A stretch of DNA of 63,055 bases, counting the filler, from Octopus bimaculoides (lineage: Eukaryota), in assembly GCF_001194135.2 (NCBI RefSeq). It is 4 parts of 4 records of this genome, joined end to end, with 100 filler letters (N's around TTAATTAATTAA, not from the genome) between each part and the next. Parts side by side here need not be neighbours in the genome. Positions count along the whole stretch, not along the records: positions 13,921 to 37,456 come from NC_068982.1; positions 37,557 to 61,050 come from NC_068991.1; 2 more parts are not named here. The stretch is one strand, 5' to 3'. The number at the start of each line of letters is the position of its first letter. Positions within the stretch are counted from its first letter, which is position 1. The notes beneath the pieces are model-generated. The model was not told the DNA's origin. It saw only the letters and a program-made list of their open reading frames with translations, and did no database searches. This document shows, one piece after another, positions 37,421 through 50,930 of this stretch. Made by a program: the position numbers and the translations under genes.

Positions 37421-38983
37421 AGAGGTAGTAGAGAGACAATGCAATGATAAATCTGANNNNNNNNNNNNNNNNNNNNNNNNNNNNNNNNNNNNNNNNNNNN
37501 TTAATTAATTAANNNNNNNNNNNNNNNNNNNNNNNNNNNNNNNNNNNNNNNNNNNNATATTTCGTTTGCTTCATTATTGATTTTAATGCTGTATTCTATC
37601 CACTGACAAATGCGTACAGTTAGAATGTATGTCACATGCATATTAATTATTACCAGTTACATTGTCTAGCAAAAATAGATAACATACAGAATTCAGAACC
37701 TAAAGAAAGCATTGTTTCTAAGTTTCAAATGTGTCTGGTGAGTTCACAATCTCACAAAAACGTTTTTTCTATACCTTCCATAGTTGTTTGATCTTTCTAA
37801 TAATGGAAGATTCAATCTTTGAACCTTAAATCACAAAATTAAACAAATTCAAGTCAGCTTATCTTTCCACCCAGTGAATTCCCATATACTTACCTTCTTC
37901 AGATTTAGTTCTTAGTAACTAACTTTAGTTATAGTTTACTGTTCATTTTTTGGCGAAGGACACAACACAAAGCCACTGATGCGATCATCATCAACATCAA
38001 ACATCATTTAACATCTGTTTTCCATGCTGGCATGGGTTGGACAGCTTGACAGGAGATGGTAAGGCTAAGGGCTGCACCAGGTTCTGTAGTTTGTTTTGAC
38101 TTGGTTTCTACAGCTGGATGCCTTCCTAACACCAACCACTTTACAGAGTGTACTGGGTGCTTTTTACATGCCACTGGCACCATTGCATTTTATGTGGCAC
38201 CATCACCAGTGCTTTTTACGTGGCACCATCACCAGTGCTTTTTACGTGACATCAGCCCCAGTGCGTTTTTTTTCTTTTAAAGCTAAATATATACAGGGTG
38301 GTATCANNNNNNNNNNNNNNNNNNNNNNNNNNNNNNNNNNNNNNNNNNNNNNNNNNNNNNNNNNNNNNNNNNNNNNNNNNNNNNNNNNNNNNNNNNNNNN
38401 NNNNNNACTTTCTGTAGGAAGCTGGTTAACAAAGCAATATTATTTAAACAAATGACAACACTCAAAAGATAAGATATGTATAGCATTAAAATATCACTGT
38501 TGCATATTCATCAAACATGCATCAAAAATACGTTATTAGTGTTTAATAAAACAGTTGAACTGCACACGCACACACACAGGAATACGTATGTGTCTATAGG
38601 TATGGGTGTATGGTTAAGAAGTTCACTTTGCAACCATGCCGTTTAAGGTACGTTGGGCAAGTGTTTTCTACTATAGCCATGGGCCAACCAATGCCTTGTG
38701 AGTGAATTTGTAACTGTGCGGAAGCCTGCCATGTATGTGTGTGTGTATTTGTCCCCCCACTACCACTTAGCAACTGATGTTAGTTTGTTTACTTCCCCTT
38801 AACTTAGCATTTTGTCAAAAGAGACTGATAGGATAAGTACCACACTTAACAATAAGTGCTGGGGTCAGTTTGTTTAACAAAACACTTCAAGGGGGTGCCC
38901 CAGTATGGACACAGTTCAATGAGTTAAGTGAGTAAAAGATGAAAGATGTACATGTATGAGACTGGCAGATATACTTACATACA

Positions 38984-39310
38984 TGATGATGATGGCTGCC
39001 CCCTCGTTATCGAGTATGGCCATTGCACGAAGCTTAACTTAACAGTGCTGTGATCGAATGTGACTTTTTAGCCCAGCCAAAGATCTACAATGTCTTGCAC
39101 AGAGTTGGCATCCCAAACCTTTACTGGCAATAGCTGGCTGTTGTTGTAATTGGGTTCCATGTACCTTTGCGTGTCGTTTAAGTCCTCCTGCTGAATCACA
39201 CTCCCTTCCACATGCCCGACAGACATGATTAGTATGGTGTGTAGCATCATCACCAGCGGCTTGGTAGTCAATCATTGGTCTTGCTTTATGACTACGAAGA
39301 TGACTCATAC
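38984..39310 (-). mobile_element. 3' end of an RTE/BovB-like LINE with two C2H2-like fingers
   Basis: CRACGRECDSAGGLKRHAKVH and CQLCARHCRSLAGLKSHIRSQH, then a stop, a short 3' UTR and a (CAT)n tail. Confidence 0.7.
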
Positions 39311-40411
39311 ATACATACATACACACATATACCCTAATATAAATATGTATGCATTTATATATAACATGCATATACTTATAACGTAGCAGTTGAAGATAAC
39401 TACTGCTCTGTAATTTGAAATCATCATCTTCATTTAACATCCATTTTCCATGTTGGCATGCGTTTGACAAGGGCTGGCCAGCTGAAGAACTGCCCAGGCT
39501 CCATGCCTGTTTTGGCAGCATGGTTTCTACAGCTGAGTTTCATCTGAGATTGGTTTTGTCAACATGAAACTTCCGGATATAAGATTAGTAGTCATTTTAC
39601 ACAGCATTATTGTGTGCTTAAGGTGCTCACTCTGAAGTCACATGGATTCAGGTTCAATTTCCATCGTGTTGTACCTTGAGCAAATGCCTGGTTGTAGACA
39701 TCATCAAGGTTCTATGTCATCATCTAAGAACATCATCAAGGTTCTTAATTTTGTCAAAATAATCATTTGTATGCTAATGTCTGTGAGTACATCTATTGTG
39801 CATGTGTCCTTACTTGTACCTCTCTTTATCTGCTATTCTTTCTTACAATTATTTTTTTTTAAATTTATAATGTAATAGTGTTTGCTAGATCTCAAATTAA
39901 GGATTAATATCATATTCTATATATGTAAGTGTTTGTATGTGTGTGTGCTTTGTATGTTAAGCTGTTTCAGATGTGAACAGCAGGAAGAGATCTGATTGGA
40001 TGAGAAGATTGAGATAAACAGTCTTGCTTCAAAAAACTACTGTACTGATGCGACTCCCCACTCAGTTTTGGTTCTGCACATGCTCTGTACAAATCAAAGA
40101 GTTGATCAGACAGACAAACCATTCTGCTAATATTAATCATTAACTATTTGTGTGTGTGTGTCCTCTGTATTTAATCATTTAAATTCTTCTTTTTGGTCGG
40201 CCCGAGGCTAGAGTAGAAGATACTTGCCCAAGGTGCCATGATTATTTGAGGCTTATTCATTTTGAGATTTACAGGAAAACTATTTATTTAATCAGAAACA
40301 ACAAACGCAGATGTGCAGCAATTTTATCACCACAGGAACAATAAAGTTGACAGCTGTTTTGTTCTGCATTCAATTTAGTTTGTTGTTTGATTGAACAAAT
40401 CAAAACTTAAC

Positions 40412-40674
40412 GGAAAAAGTCAACAGGTTTCACACCAAGTCCTAAAGGTATTTTTGCACCAACAACACTAGTAGAAGGTTCAGTTTCATGATCAATGACA
40501 GTGTTCAACCATTCTTCAGATATTTTATCCAAATTACTTGATGGAAAAATAGATGGATCAAAGCCAGACATATCACTTGTGTGCACAGAAAAAAATGGAT
40601 ATATCACTCTGGTTGTCATTTCCAAAGCCTTTTCTGCCATTAATTCATTGATTAAATCATAGAATAAGTTGTAA
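40412..40674 (-). CDS. Candidate coding exon of an unidentified gene (YNLFYDLINELMAEKALEMTTRVIYPFF...PLGLGVKPVDFF)
   Basis: 87 open codons in unique sequence, acceptor attctatag at 40675, possible donor gttaag at 40411 (or stop at 40407). No family recognised. Confidence 0.4.
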
Positions 40675-41269
40675 CTATAGAATGATTAGAGGTTGGTGGC
40701 AACTAACTCCTTCATTTTGTCACTGCTGATCTCAGTTGGTTGGCCACAGGGAGGTGCATCTTGAACCAAAAAACTCAATAGAAATCTTGAAAATCACATC
40801 TGGCACACACTTTCCATAACAGCACCCTCTCCATTAAACAGCACATATCTTCCTGCAAGTTTCTAACACTTTCTTTCCTTTTTTTAAAATAAAATGTTTT
40901 GTTTTGATTCTCCATTTTCAGGGTGATTCTAGGTACTCAAGATACAATCTGCCTCTTTTGCAAGTTCATACCAAACTACAGTGAAGTATCAAGTATCTAA
41001 TGAGTGCAAATGTGCAAGGGACAGACTGAAGTTAGCTACTTGTTTGAGTGCTTGAAGTTTACTGCTGATAAAAACTGAACATATTTTTAGGTCAATCCAA
41101 TACAATAGCACAGTATATAACAAAAGTATAACGAAGGCATAAATAAATAAATATACACCACATTAGAATAAAATGTAGATATGCTAAAATGATATTTTTC
41201 TACAGTTTATTGGGAAAATGTGTGAATATGTTTGCATTTTAGTGAACATGCGCATATGCGAATTAATAT

Positions 41270-41970
41270 GTCAGTTGTGGCGTGCAAGAGAGACGATTGC
41301 GCTGGTATGGACATGTGGTGAGAATGGATGAGGATAGCTGCGTGAAAAAGTGCCACACCCTAACAGTTGAGGGAACCCGTGGAAGAGGTAGGCCCAGGAA
41401 GACCTGGGCTGAGGTGGTGAGGCAAGACCTTCGTACATTGGGCCTCACTGAGGCGATGACTACTGACCGAGACCTTTGGAAATGTGCTGTGCGTGAGAAG
41501 ACCCGGCAAGCCAAGTAAGATCGTTGCCAGTGCCCCTGGACTGGTTCTTGTGCGGGTGGCACATGAGATGCACCATTNNNNNNNNNNNNNNNNNNNNNNN
41601 NNNNNNNNNNNNNNNNNNNNNNNNNNNNNNNNNNNNNNNNNNNNNNNNNNNNNNNNNNNNNNNNNNNNNNNNNNNNNNNNNNNNNNNNNNNNNNNNNNNN
41701 NNNNNNNNNNNNNNNNNNNNNNNNNNNGTGCGGGTGGCACATAAAAGACACCATTTCGAGCGTGGCCGTTTTCGTGCGGGTGACACCTAAAAGCACCCAC
41801 TACACTCTCTGAGTGGTTGGCGTTAGGAAGGGCATCCAGCTGTAGAAACTCTGCCAAATCAGACTGGAGCCTGGTGTTGCCATCCGGTTTCACCAGTCCT
41901 CAGTCAAATCGTCCAACCCATGCTAGCATGGAAAGCGGACATTAAACGATGATGATGATGATGATGATGA
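41270..41970 (+). mobile_element. 3' end of an RTE-clade LINE (ORF2 C-terminus, repeat-containing 3' UTR, (GAT)n tail)
   Basis: RRLRWYGHVVRMDEDSCVKKC...GRGRPRKTWAEVVRQDL. 3' UTR ends catgctagcatggaaagcggacattaaacgatgatgat. Confidence 0.85.
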
Positions 41971-42082
41971 TTCCTGTGCATTAATTCTCATAAGGATGCA
42001 TACATGTCTGTGTGTGTTAACTCATGTGAATATTCATCTATGAGCTGACCTAAGTATATGTGTAAGCACTCACATGAGCAAA

Positions 42083-42118
<36 letters not shown>

Positions 42119-42173
42119 TGAGCTCACATGAATATTTGTATGCATGAGAATTTTCATGAATGTNNNNNNNNNN

Positions 42174-42219
<46 letters not shown>

Positions 42220-42492
42220 TCACATGAGGGTATTTATGTAAATGGTCACATGAGTGTGTACGTGTGCTAGTAAGCATATCTATATGCAAACATTTAAATG
42301 CTTTATCATAGATAATTAATGCCAGTATAGTATTGTTTATTCATTAGATTGGAAGAAGGACATTGTCCACAGCTGTTGTACAAACACCACTGTTGGGAGA
42401 CAGTCCATATATCTCTTCTACATCCATAAAGATTTGAGATCAGAGAAAACAGAGAAGTTAGTGAAAGTTGGTGAAATTTGCTGTGAATTATT

Positions 42493-42666
42493 GCAGGTGT
42501 GGGAGTGGCTGTGTGGTAAGTAGCTTGCCTACCAACCACATGGTTCTGGGTTCAGTCCCACTGCGTGGCGCTTTGGGCAAGTGTCTTCTACTATAGCCTC
42601 GGGCCGACCAAAGCCTTGTGAGTGGATTTGGTAGACGGAAACTGAACGAAACCTGTCATATATATG

Positions 42667-42697
<31 letters not shown>

Positions 42698-42925
42698 ATA
42701 TGTTTCTGTGTCTGCGTTTGTCCCCCCCCCCCACAACATCGCTTGACAACCGATGCTGGTGTGTTTACGTCCCCGTAACTTAGCGGTTCGGCAAAAGAGA
42801 CCGATAGAATAAGTACTAGGCTTCCAAAGAATAAGTCCTGGGGTCGATTTGCTCGACTAAAGGCGGTGCTCCAGCATGGCCACAGTCAAATGACTGAAAC
42901 AAGTAAAAGAGTAAAAGAGTAAAGA
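42493..42925 (+). mobile_element. SINE family 2 full-length copy
   Basis: Complete head-to-tail match, ends gtaaaagagtaaaagagtaaagag. Confidence 0.85.
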
Positions 42926-43282
42926 GAGTTGGTGATTGAAAAGGATGCAAGAGTGAGAAAGAATTTAGCAAAGAAGAGTCTGAAATGAGACATTATTATG
43001 ATGGAAGAGTGAAAAGGTAAAAAAGAGAATGGGTAGGATGAATTTATGGAAAAAGAAATGAAAAATCAGAAAATTCAAATGAGCATAAAGAGATAGAAGA
43101 CAATGGTTGTAGACACATACAGGACAAATATAGTATATATCACCAGGTTACATATTGCAGCTACCTGAACAATGCCCTTCTAAAATAGCTTTCAAATGGA
43201 CACCACTGGAGAGGAAAAGAACTAGAGGAAGATCGAAAACTAATGGTACAAAACATTCACAACTGATATGACAGACAAATAT

Positions 43283-43490
43283 TCTTTTTCTACTCTAGGC
43301 ATAAGGTCCAAAATTTTAGGGGAGGAGATTGACCCCCCCCCCTCCCCCAGTAAACAACTGGTATTTAATTTATCGATCCCGAAAGGATGAAAGACAAAGT
43401 CGACCTTGGTGGAATTTGAACTCAGAACGTTAAGACAGATGAAATACTGCTAAGCATTTTGCCCGGCGTGCTAACGTTTCTGCCTGCTTG
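43283..43490 (-). mobile_element. SINE family 1 copy
   Basis: Near-complete copy including head gctaagcattttgcccggcgtgctaacgtttctgcc. Confidence 0.75.
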
Positions 43491-44844
43491 GCTGGATACA
43501 GAGAAAACCACAAGCCAACAGAAACCAGTGATGTCAACTTGCTGTGCAATGTACTCGAGAGCACAGGAGAAACCGAAACAGCGATTGTGAATAAAGATTC
43601 ATGGCATACATTCTTATCCCAGGCATATTTCTCTAAAGGCTTTCCATTTCCACGTCATATTATATTCAATAAAAACCAATCATAGTGGCCGTTTGCTGTA
43701 AGTGATGTTAGAAGCAGTTAAATAGAAACAATAAAAATGCTATAGAAAAACATCTTTTTAGAATAATGATGGATCATATTCATGCACTTAATTAGTTTTT
43801 GGGCTTTTTTTTTTGTTTAATATCTCAGTAGCACACATACATGTGTACACACAGAAGACATAGATTGGTTAAAGTAAATATTGGAAACAGATGATATTTG
43901 AGGAAATTAATAATAATAATAGACAGATATAATTAATATATGTGGTATAAAATTATATTTCTTTGATATGCTAGAAAATAATAAATATATTTCCATAGAA
44001 ACAGTGGTTGCAAAATCAAGTTGTTGATATCGATTAACCTCAGGCCAGACCTAGTCAAGTAGATCATTGATCGAAGACATGCAAGCCACTGACCATTCCG
44101 TCTTTTGAGATAGAGTTCATCTGACTACATAATCTAATGTAAGTCCTCTTTTTTAAGACAACACAGTGTAACTTGAGTGAGATTTTGTTGCTATTTCTAA
44201 CAGGTCAGACCATTAACTAGACGGTCTCCTTTGACAGCCTCCAGTCAAGGTATTAGACTAGAGTGGATGCTGATATAAGCTCAAAAGCTTCTGAGTGTGT
44301 TACTTAAACCCTTTAGCATTTAAACCGGCCATATCCAGCCAAAATATTCTGCCAGTTTTACTTTCAAACTGTCCAGATCCCAGTTTCAAACACCAACCTA
44401 ATAATGTTATTTTAGAAATAAGCAATGACATCATGGAAATCACAACAGCTATGAGATAATGCATGATTAATTGTGTATAAATAAGCATTACATTTGACAA
44501 AGAAATTGGAATGCTGAAGGGCAAAGAGTCAAGTGTGACTCATGGGCTATTTGGCTGCTATACTTTTTTTTATTTGAGTCATGTCATTTAGTCTCAGGTT
44601 TGCCTTAATCCAGGAATATGATCAAAACTGTTCTAACCATGACCAGCCCATCTTTCTTTCAAACATTTCATTTAGTCTTTTCTTCTTTTACTTGTTTTAG
44701 TCATTTCACCGTAGCCATGCTGGGGCACTGCCTTCAGTGGAAGAAACCAACCCCAGGACTTATTCTTTGTAAGCCTAGTACTTATTCTATCGGTCTCTAT
44801 TGTCGAACTGCTGAGTTACGGGGACGTAAACACATTGGTTGTCA

Positions 44845-44989
44845 AGCAATGATTTTATTCAACATATTCCCCTTTCAGATTCATACACTTATTGCAATGG
44901 TCCTTCAGCTCTGTAAAAGAACTCGGAAGGTTGGGGCTCCAACCAAGCCTTTTGAAATACCCTAAAAGCCAGGAACTTTTCAGCGAACC

Positions 44990-44995
<6 letters not shown>
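44845..44995 (-). mobile_element. Mariner-derived fragment
   Basis: gagggttcgctgaaaagttcctggct terminus and ELKDHCNKCMNLKGEYVE* resembling a mariner C-terminus. Confidence 0.5.
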
Positions 44996-45029
<34 letters not shown>

Positions 45030-45644
45030 NNNNNNNNNNNNNNNNNNNNNNNNNNNNNNNNNNNNNNNNNNNNNNNNNNNNNNNNNNNNNNNNNNNNNNN
45101 NNNNNNNNNNNNNNNNNNNNNNNNNNNNNNNNNNNNNNNNNNNNNNNNNNNNNNNNNNNNNNNNNNNNNNNNNNNTATATATGTATACATACACACACAC
45201 ACACACACATGTGAACCAAAGCAAATGAGTAACTATAATTAACTAAACAAATTAAGTGTTAATTATGATAAAAAGAAAAAAAAAAGCAGTATTATACATC
45301 CTCACTGAGAGATAAGACAATTGCAGGGCATGCTATTAATTTATCTCATTATCTCATGTCTGTTATATATGCATGATTGTGCATGCGTCCGTGTGCACAT
45401 TCATGTATGTATGTTTGTATAATAAAATGTGTCATAGGAGGGCTATACATGCATACATGTATGTATGTATGTACACACACACAGTATACTGTTTCTTAGG
45501 CATGTGACCTTCATTCTACAGCAAAATGTTGAAATCTGTTTTTGTAATGTTCATTTAATCTTAATTCAATTAATACAAATGGTTGCCACTTTGTCTGAGG
45601 TTCATGCAGTACAAAAACAAAAACAGTAATAGCGTTTCTTACTA

Positions 45645-45803
45645 ATGGAGTGGCTGTGTGGTAAGTAGCTTGCTTACCAACCATATGGTTCCAGGTTCAG
45701 TCCCACTGCGTAGCACCTTGGGCAAGTGTCTTCTACTATAGCCTTGGGCCAACCAAAGCCTTGCGAGTGGATTTGGTAGACGGAAACTGAAAGAAGCCTG
45801 TCG

Positions 45804-45844
<41 letters not shown>

Positions 45845-46070
45845 ATGTATGTGTGTGTGTTTGTGTTTGTCCCCCCAGCATCGCTTGACAACTGATGTTG
45901 GTGTGTTTACGTCCCCGTAACTTAGCAGTTCGGCAAAAGAGACCGATAGAATAAGTACTAGGCTTACAAAGAATAAGTCCTGGGGTCGATTTTCTCGAGT
46001 AAAAGGTGGTGCTCCAGCATGGCCACAGTCAAATGACTGAAACAAGTAAAAGAGTAAAGGGTAATGCACT
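45645..46070 (+). mobile_element. SINE family 2 full-length copy
   Basis: Complete head-to-tail match. Confidence 0.85.
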
Positions 46071-46470
46071 TTCATTCAATTTTGTCTCCTTCTGTTTCAA
46101 ATTTTCTGGTCTGTTTATAAAACAGTAAACCATCATACAAACAACATTAATTTTATTGAACAACGTTCATGTTTGTCCTGTGATGTTCAGCTCCAACATC
46201 ACACCATATGATACAGTCTGAAGAATACATTTAAATCAGTGCTAAGTTTTTCCACATACCATCTTATGATGCACCTGGACACATCACCATTGATGTTAAC
46301 ACTACACCTGGGAGGCACTAACCCTTCCCAGCCTCATAGTCACCTCGTGACAACATTTACAGCCTCTACCAATAATCTGATAGTCATGCAGTCATCTGGT
46401 CCATGATGCCAAGCAGGTTGTAAGTTCTGCAGAGGGATTGACCAGCAAGTCCTCTGCTGAGATAACATAT

Positions 46471-47501
46471 TGATGCGACCACCGAAAATACAAATTAATG
46501 TTATATCTCTATCTCCCGAGCTGGGTTTTGAAACCGTATTCTGGTTGTTGGGGACAATGGTATTTCCTTTGTCTTGTCAGCAACCACAGCTATTTTTAGT
46601 GTAGGAGTGATCGGTGACCCCCTCCGGACACCGAAAGTTCAGAAAAACAAGTGAGGAATTGTACTGAACTGACCCAGTTTTGGGAGGGGGTAAAGTAACA
46701 CTATTGAGCTATGGTATTTGTGATAAATACGAGAACAGGAATCGGCGCGGGGGCAGTTGGTATCAATCGAGTTGGATGAGGAACGTCAGCCAGTGAAGAT
46801 GAACGGTGATAAGTCTGACAGAGAGAGGGTCTATAGTCAGCAGGTACGAGTAAGCAGAAATGCATAGAGTCTCAGAGAGAGAGAGGGACAGAGAGATGGA
46901 ACTGTTGCGGCAGGCAAAAGAAAGTAGTAGGCTACCTTGGTCAGTTCTTGTGGGAGTTTTGAAAGAAAGGAAGTTATTACAGTAAAGGTTTGTGTAAATA
47001 TTCTTCCAAGAAAAATGTACTTGTCGTTAAGATGTATAAAAAAAAGAGATTTCGTTAACTGTGATGTTAACTTAAAAGAAAAGAAAAGAAAGAACTTTTG
47101 TTACATGGGGTGTAACTGAAAAGAAAACAAAGAAGTGAAAGAACTTTTAAAGGACTTGATGTACGAACTCTTGTTTATGTAATGATTGTAAACCTTTGAT
47201 TATGTTGCATGCACTATTATATGCTATTGAATTTATTGTTACGCAATGCTATGTTTTGTATCGATGTAATGTTTTATTCTGATGTTTGATGTAAAAAGAA
47301 AAAGTTAGCTCCGCTACCCAACGTAGGGTCTCCGTGTTATTTCTTCCCCTCCTCCTTTTGCCTGTTGTTCTTCCCTGCGTGCTCCGGCCGGGGCTTATTG
47401 GTGGCCGTGGCGGGCGTCCCGACTCACTGAGCGTCAACGTTCGCGCACACACTAGTTCTCTCTTCGTTAAGGAGGTGCTTCACGTGCGGGCGTTCGTAAC
47501 A
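46471..47501. mobile_element. Candidate solo LTR (about 1.03 kb)
   Basis: TG...CA termini with imperfect inverted ends (TGATGCGACCACC versus TGTTACGAACGCC), ATAT on both sides, GC/CpG-richer than the surroundings, no clear ORF. Confidence 0.45.
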
Positions 47502-47693
47502 ATATTTAACACAATGAACCTTAAAAATATAATGTAACATACTTAAGGGATGAGGAAAAGAAATATTAGCATGATGACTAAATATCACTTTGATCATTTC
47601 AGCAATACAAGAGACAACTTCAAACCTATCTCTGCTTTATTTATCTATACAGAGAATCTCTTTGGCAAGTATTGTGAAGGCTGATGAAGTCCA

Positions 47694-47735
<42 letters not shown>

Positions 47736-47756
47736 TACTGTATGTTACTATGTATG

Positions 47757-48480
47757 AAGTATCATCATCATTGTCATTTAACGCCCGTTTTCCATGCTGG
47801 CATAGGTTGGGCAGTTTGACAGGAGCTAGTAAGGTCATAGGCTGCACCAGGCCCCATTGTTGGTTTTGGTATGGTTTCTAAGGCTGGATGCTCTTCCTGG
47901 TGCCAACCACTTTACAAAGTGTACTGGGTGCTCTTTACGTGGCACCAGCACCAGTGCTTTTCACGTGGGGCAAGCACTGATGCTTTTCATGTGGCACCAG
48001 CATCGATGCTTTTCACGTGGCACCAGCACCGATGCTTTTCACGTGGCACCAGCACCGATGCTTTTCACGTGGCACCAGCACTGATGCTTTTCACGTGACA
48101 CCAGCACCGATGCTTTTCATGTGGTGCAAGCACTGATGCTTTTCACGTGGCACCAGCACTGATGCTTTTCACGTGGCACCAGCATCGATACTTTTCATGT
48201 GGCACCAGCACCGATGCTTTTCATGTGGCACCAGCACCGATGCTTTTCATGTGGTGCAAGCACTGGTGCTTTTCATGTGGCACCAGCACTGGTGCTTTAC
48301 ACATAGCACCAGCACCGACACTTTTCAAATGGCACCAGCGCTGGTGCTTTTTATGTGGCACCAGCATTGACAAGGTCACTGAGTAATTTGCAAGGCAAAA
48401 CTCCTTCAGGATATCAATTCTTCTTGAGTGCAGCAAGATGTCAGATATCTCAATCCTTAGTCATCTCCTTCACTTCTTCC
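47757..48480 (-). mobile_element. RTE-tail-derived repeat carrying an expanded 26-bp VNTR
   Basis: Begins with the (CAT)n-tttaacgcccgttttccatgctggcat tail shared with the RTE copies. Related tail-only copies at about 37985-38265, 49822-50240, 59640-59882 and 60985-61050. Confidence 0.7.
47939..48370. repeat. 26-bp minisatellite, 16 full units plus a partial unit (GTGGCACCAGCACCGATGCTTTTCAC)
   Basis: Units in exact 26-nt register with no indels. Variant unit GTGG(T/G)GCAAGCACTG at positions 2, 8 and 13. Confidence 0.92.
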
Positions 48481-49452
48481 TGATGTCATCTGCATAAAAT
48501 GCAATAGTTGATTGGTAGGTCCCAATAATTTTGAAACAAGTCTTGCATTGTTCAGTTTCTCCTGTAATTGCCAAAATGATTAAAAAAATATTAGTTATCA
48601 AATTAATGTAGTCTTTTAACCCACTGCATAAGTATTTCATACTATGAAAAATGAATGATTCCTAACTTCAGCTCAGAACACCACTGAGTTAAAACAGCAT
48701 CACACAACCATGCTACCATTTTGTATAGATTACAAGTCTCTAGATACCATGTGTTATTATATCCAGCTCTATTAGCAGCAGAAAATAACACATTTTCCTC
48801 AGTTGATAGCATTCACTACTTCTGTACACATAACACATATATATATATATATAGTGAGAGTGTGTGTGTGTATGTGTGTGTATTGCCTGCGTGCTTGTGT
48901 GTACATGACAGAGGAATACTTTTGAATATTAGAAACATAGTTAAAATGTTTGATAATTAAAAGAGAAATTATTAGAAAAAAAAGCTCTTTTAACTGTTGG
49001 AATGTTAGAACCATAACTTTTTTTTGATTCTTTAGAACTTAGATCTTTTAACTATGAGAATTATAGTTCAACTATATATCTCAATTCTTAGAGTTTCTCT
49101 AAATTGTTTAAAAATATTCCATCTTATTTTTTTTCTTGATATGAAAAATATGAATGCTCCTAAATAAAACCCCAGTCTGTCTTGAGCCAAAATTTATCCT
49201 AAAATACACCAAGTTTATCTATTGCTTCTTTTATGAGTCTTTAAAGATGAAAGCATTTGAAGTACTGAAAAGTGAAGTCACTAAGAAATACTGAATATGT
49301 GATCGAAACACCATCATTATTGTCCTCAAGATAATCTTTCGAATATTAACATGGGTAAGATGGGCCTACCATGTTGTGTTGCCACTCACAACTAGTGTCT
49401 CAACTTGCTTGTGAAATCCAACATCCAAAAATCTGATCTCATCTTTTTCCAG

Positions 49453-49592
49453 ATCTTTATCCATCCATGACAGAACATGCGTCTTTTATATGCATGACTC
49501 ATCATCTATTCATGTCATGTCTTAACCAGATTAAGCTAAAAGGTCCTACAGAGCCAGCAGAGATTGAGAATTGCATTAAATATATCTGTAAA
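49453..49592 (+). CDS. Candidate coding exon of an unidentified gene (DLYPSMTEHASFICMTHHLFMSCLNQIKLKGPTEPAEIENCIKYICK)
   Basis: Strong acceptor tcatctttttccag, open frame to donor AAA|gtgggt, 140 nt, unique sequence. No family recognised. Confidence 0.35.
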
Positions 49593-50517
49593 GTGGGTCA
49601 TAATGGCTTAACTGTTTGATAAAAGGTAACCAGACCTGGTAACAGATGTTTCACATAAAAAATGCTCACATACACACATCCATAATCTTTTTGTGTTTTG
49701 TTTGTTTTTTTTCCACTTAGCTTCAATTTCATTTGGAAATGTACACAAATTCTTAGTTAATCTGAAGAGGGGAATGTTTCCATAAACCCTTTTCAATTCC
49801 TTAACAGAAGAGGACAGGCTCATCATCATCATCATTATCATCATCGTTTAACATCCGCTTTCCATGCTAGCATAGGTTGGACGATTAGACTGCTCCAATC
49901 TGATTTGGCAGAGTTTCTACAGCTGGATGCCCTTCCTAACGCCAACCACTCCGAGAGTGTAGTGGGTGCTTTTACGTGCCACCGGCACAAAGGCCAGTCA
50001 GGCGGTACTAGCAACGGGCACGCTCAGAATGGTGTATTTTACGTGCCACCTGCACAGGAGCCAGTCCGGCGGCACTGGCAACGATCTCATTCGAATGACT
50101 TTTCACGTGCCACCAGCACAAGTGCCAGGAGAAGCTGTGGCACAAGTGCCAGGAAGGCGACGCTGGTAACGATCACACTCGAACGGTGGTGCCATCACGA
50201 TTTCACTTTCGCTTGCCCCAACAGGTCTTCGCAAGCAGAGTTTAGTCTCGTATAGTTAATGATTGTTGTAAGAAGAAATGAGCAAAGAATTTCAGAGGTT
50301 AGGATTGGCAGAAGAAATAGCTAAGTGTATGGCAGTCAGCAGTTCATGGCCATGCTGGAGAAGACACCATACAATTAAACATCAATAATACTGTATGTGA
50401 AGACTAAGTTGTTACAGTGATGTCAAATTATGCACTGCAGATGTTACATGCATGTGGGTGTCATTACTGCATGCGAAAACACCAACAGAAGGTGTAAATG
50501 AATCAGACCAAAATCCT

Positions 50518-50930
50518 GCATATATATACATACACATACACACATACACATACACACATATATACACATACACACATATATACACATACACATACACACA
50601 TATATATACATACACACATATATATACATACACACATATATATATATACATATATATACATACATACACATACACACACATATATACATATATATACATA
50701 CACATATATATACATACACATGAAACGATCTTCTGCAGTAACCTTGAATATTCTTGTTGCCTATTTTGATTTTCGATCACCTTATTTTTTGGAATTCTTT
50801 GGATAATACCATACTAAATTAGGGTGCCTAAACTTAAGTATTATATTCATTTTGAATCTATATACATACATATATACACATATATATACACATATATACA
50901 TAAAGCTTTAAATATATATAGATATATATC
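50518..50930. repeat. Compound (TA)/(CA) microsatellite
   Basis: Direct inspection. Confidence 0.9.

Noticed and set aside
39039-39521. C2H2 zinc-finger ORF as a host transcription factor (cephalopod C2H2 expansion)
   Set aside because: No TGEKP linkers, the upstream part of the ORF is microsatellite and repeat tail, and it ends in a LINE-type short UTR with a (CAT)n tail. It fits an RTE C-terminus.
47939-48370. Regularly spaced repeats resembling a CRISPR array
   Set aside because: Units are contiguous with no unique spacers, there are no cas genes, and the context is eukaryotic. It is a minisatellite.
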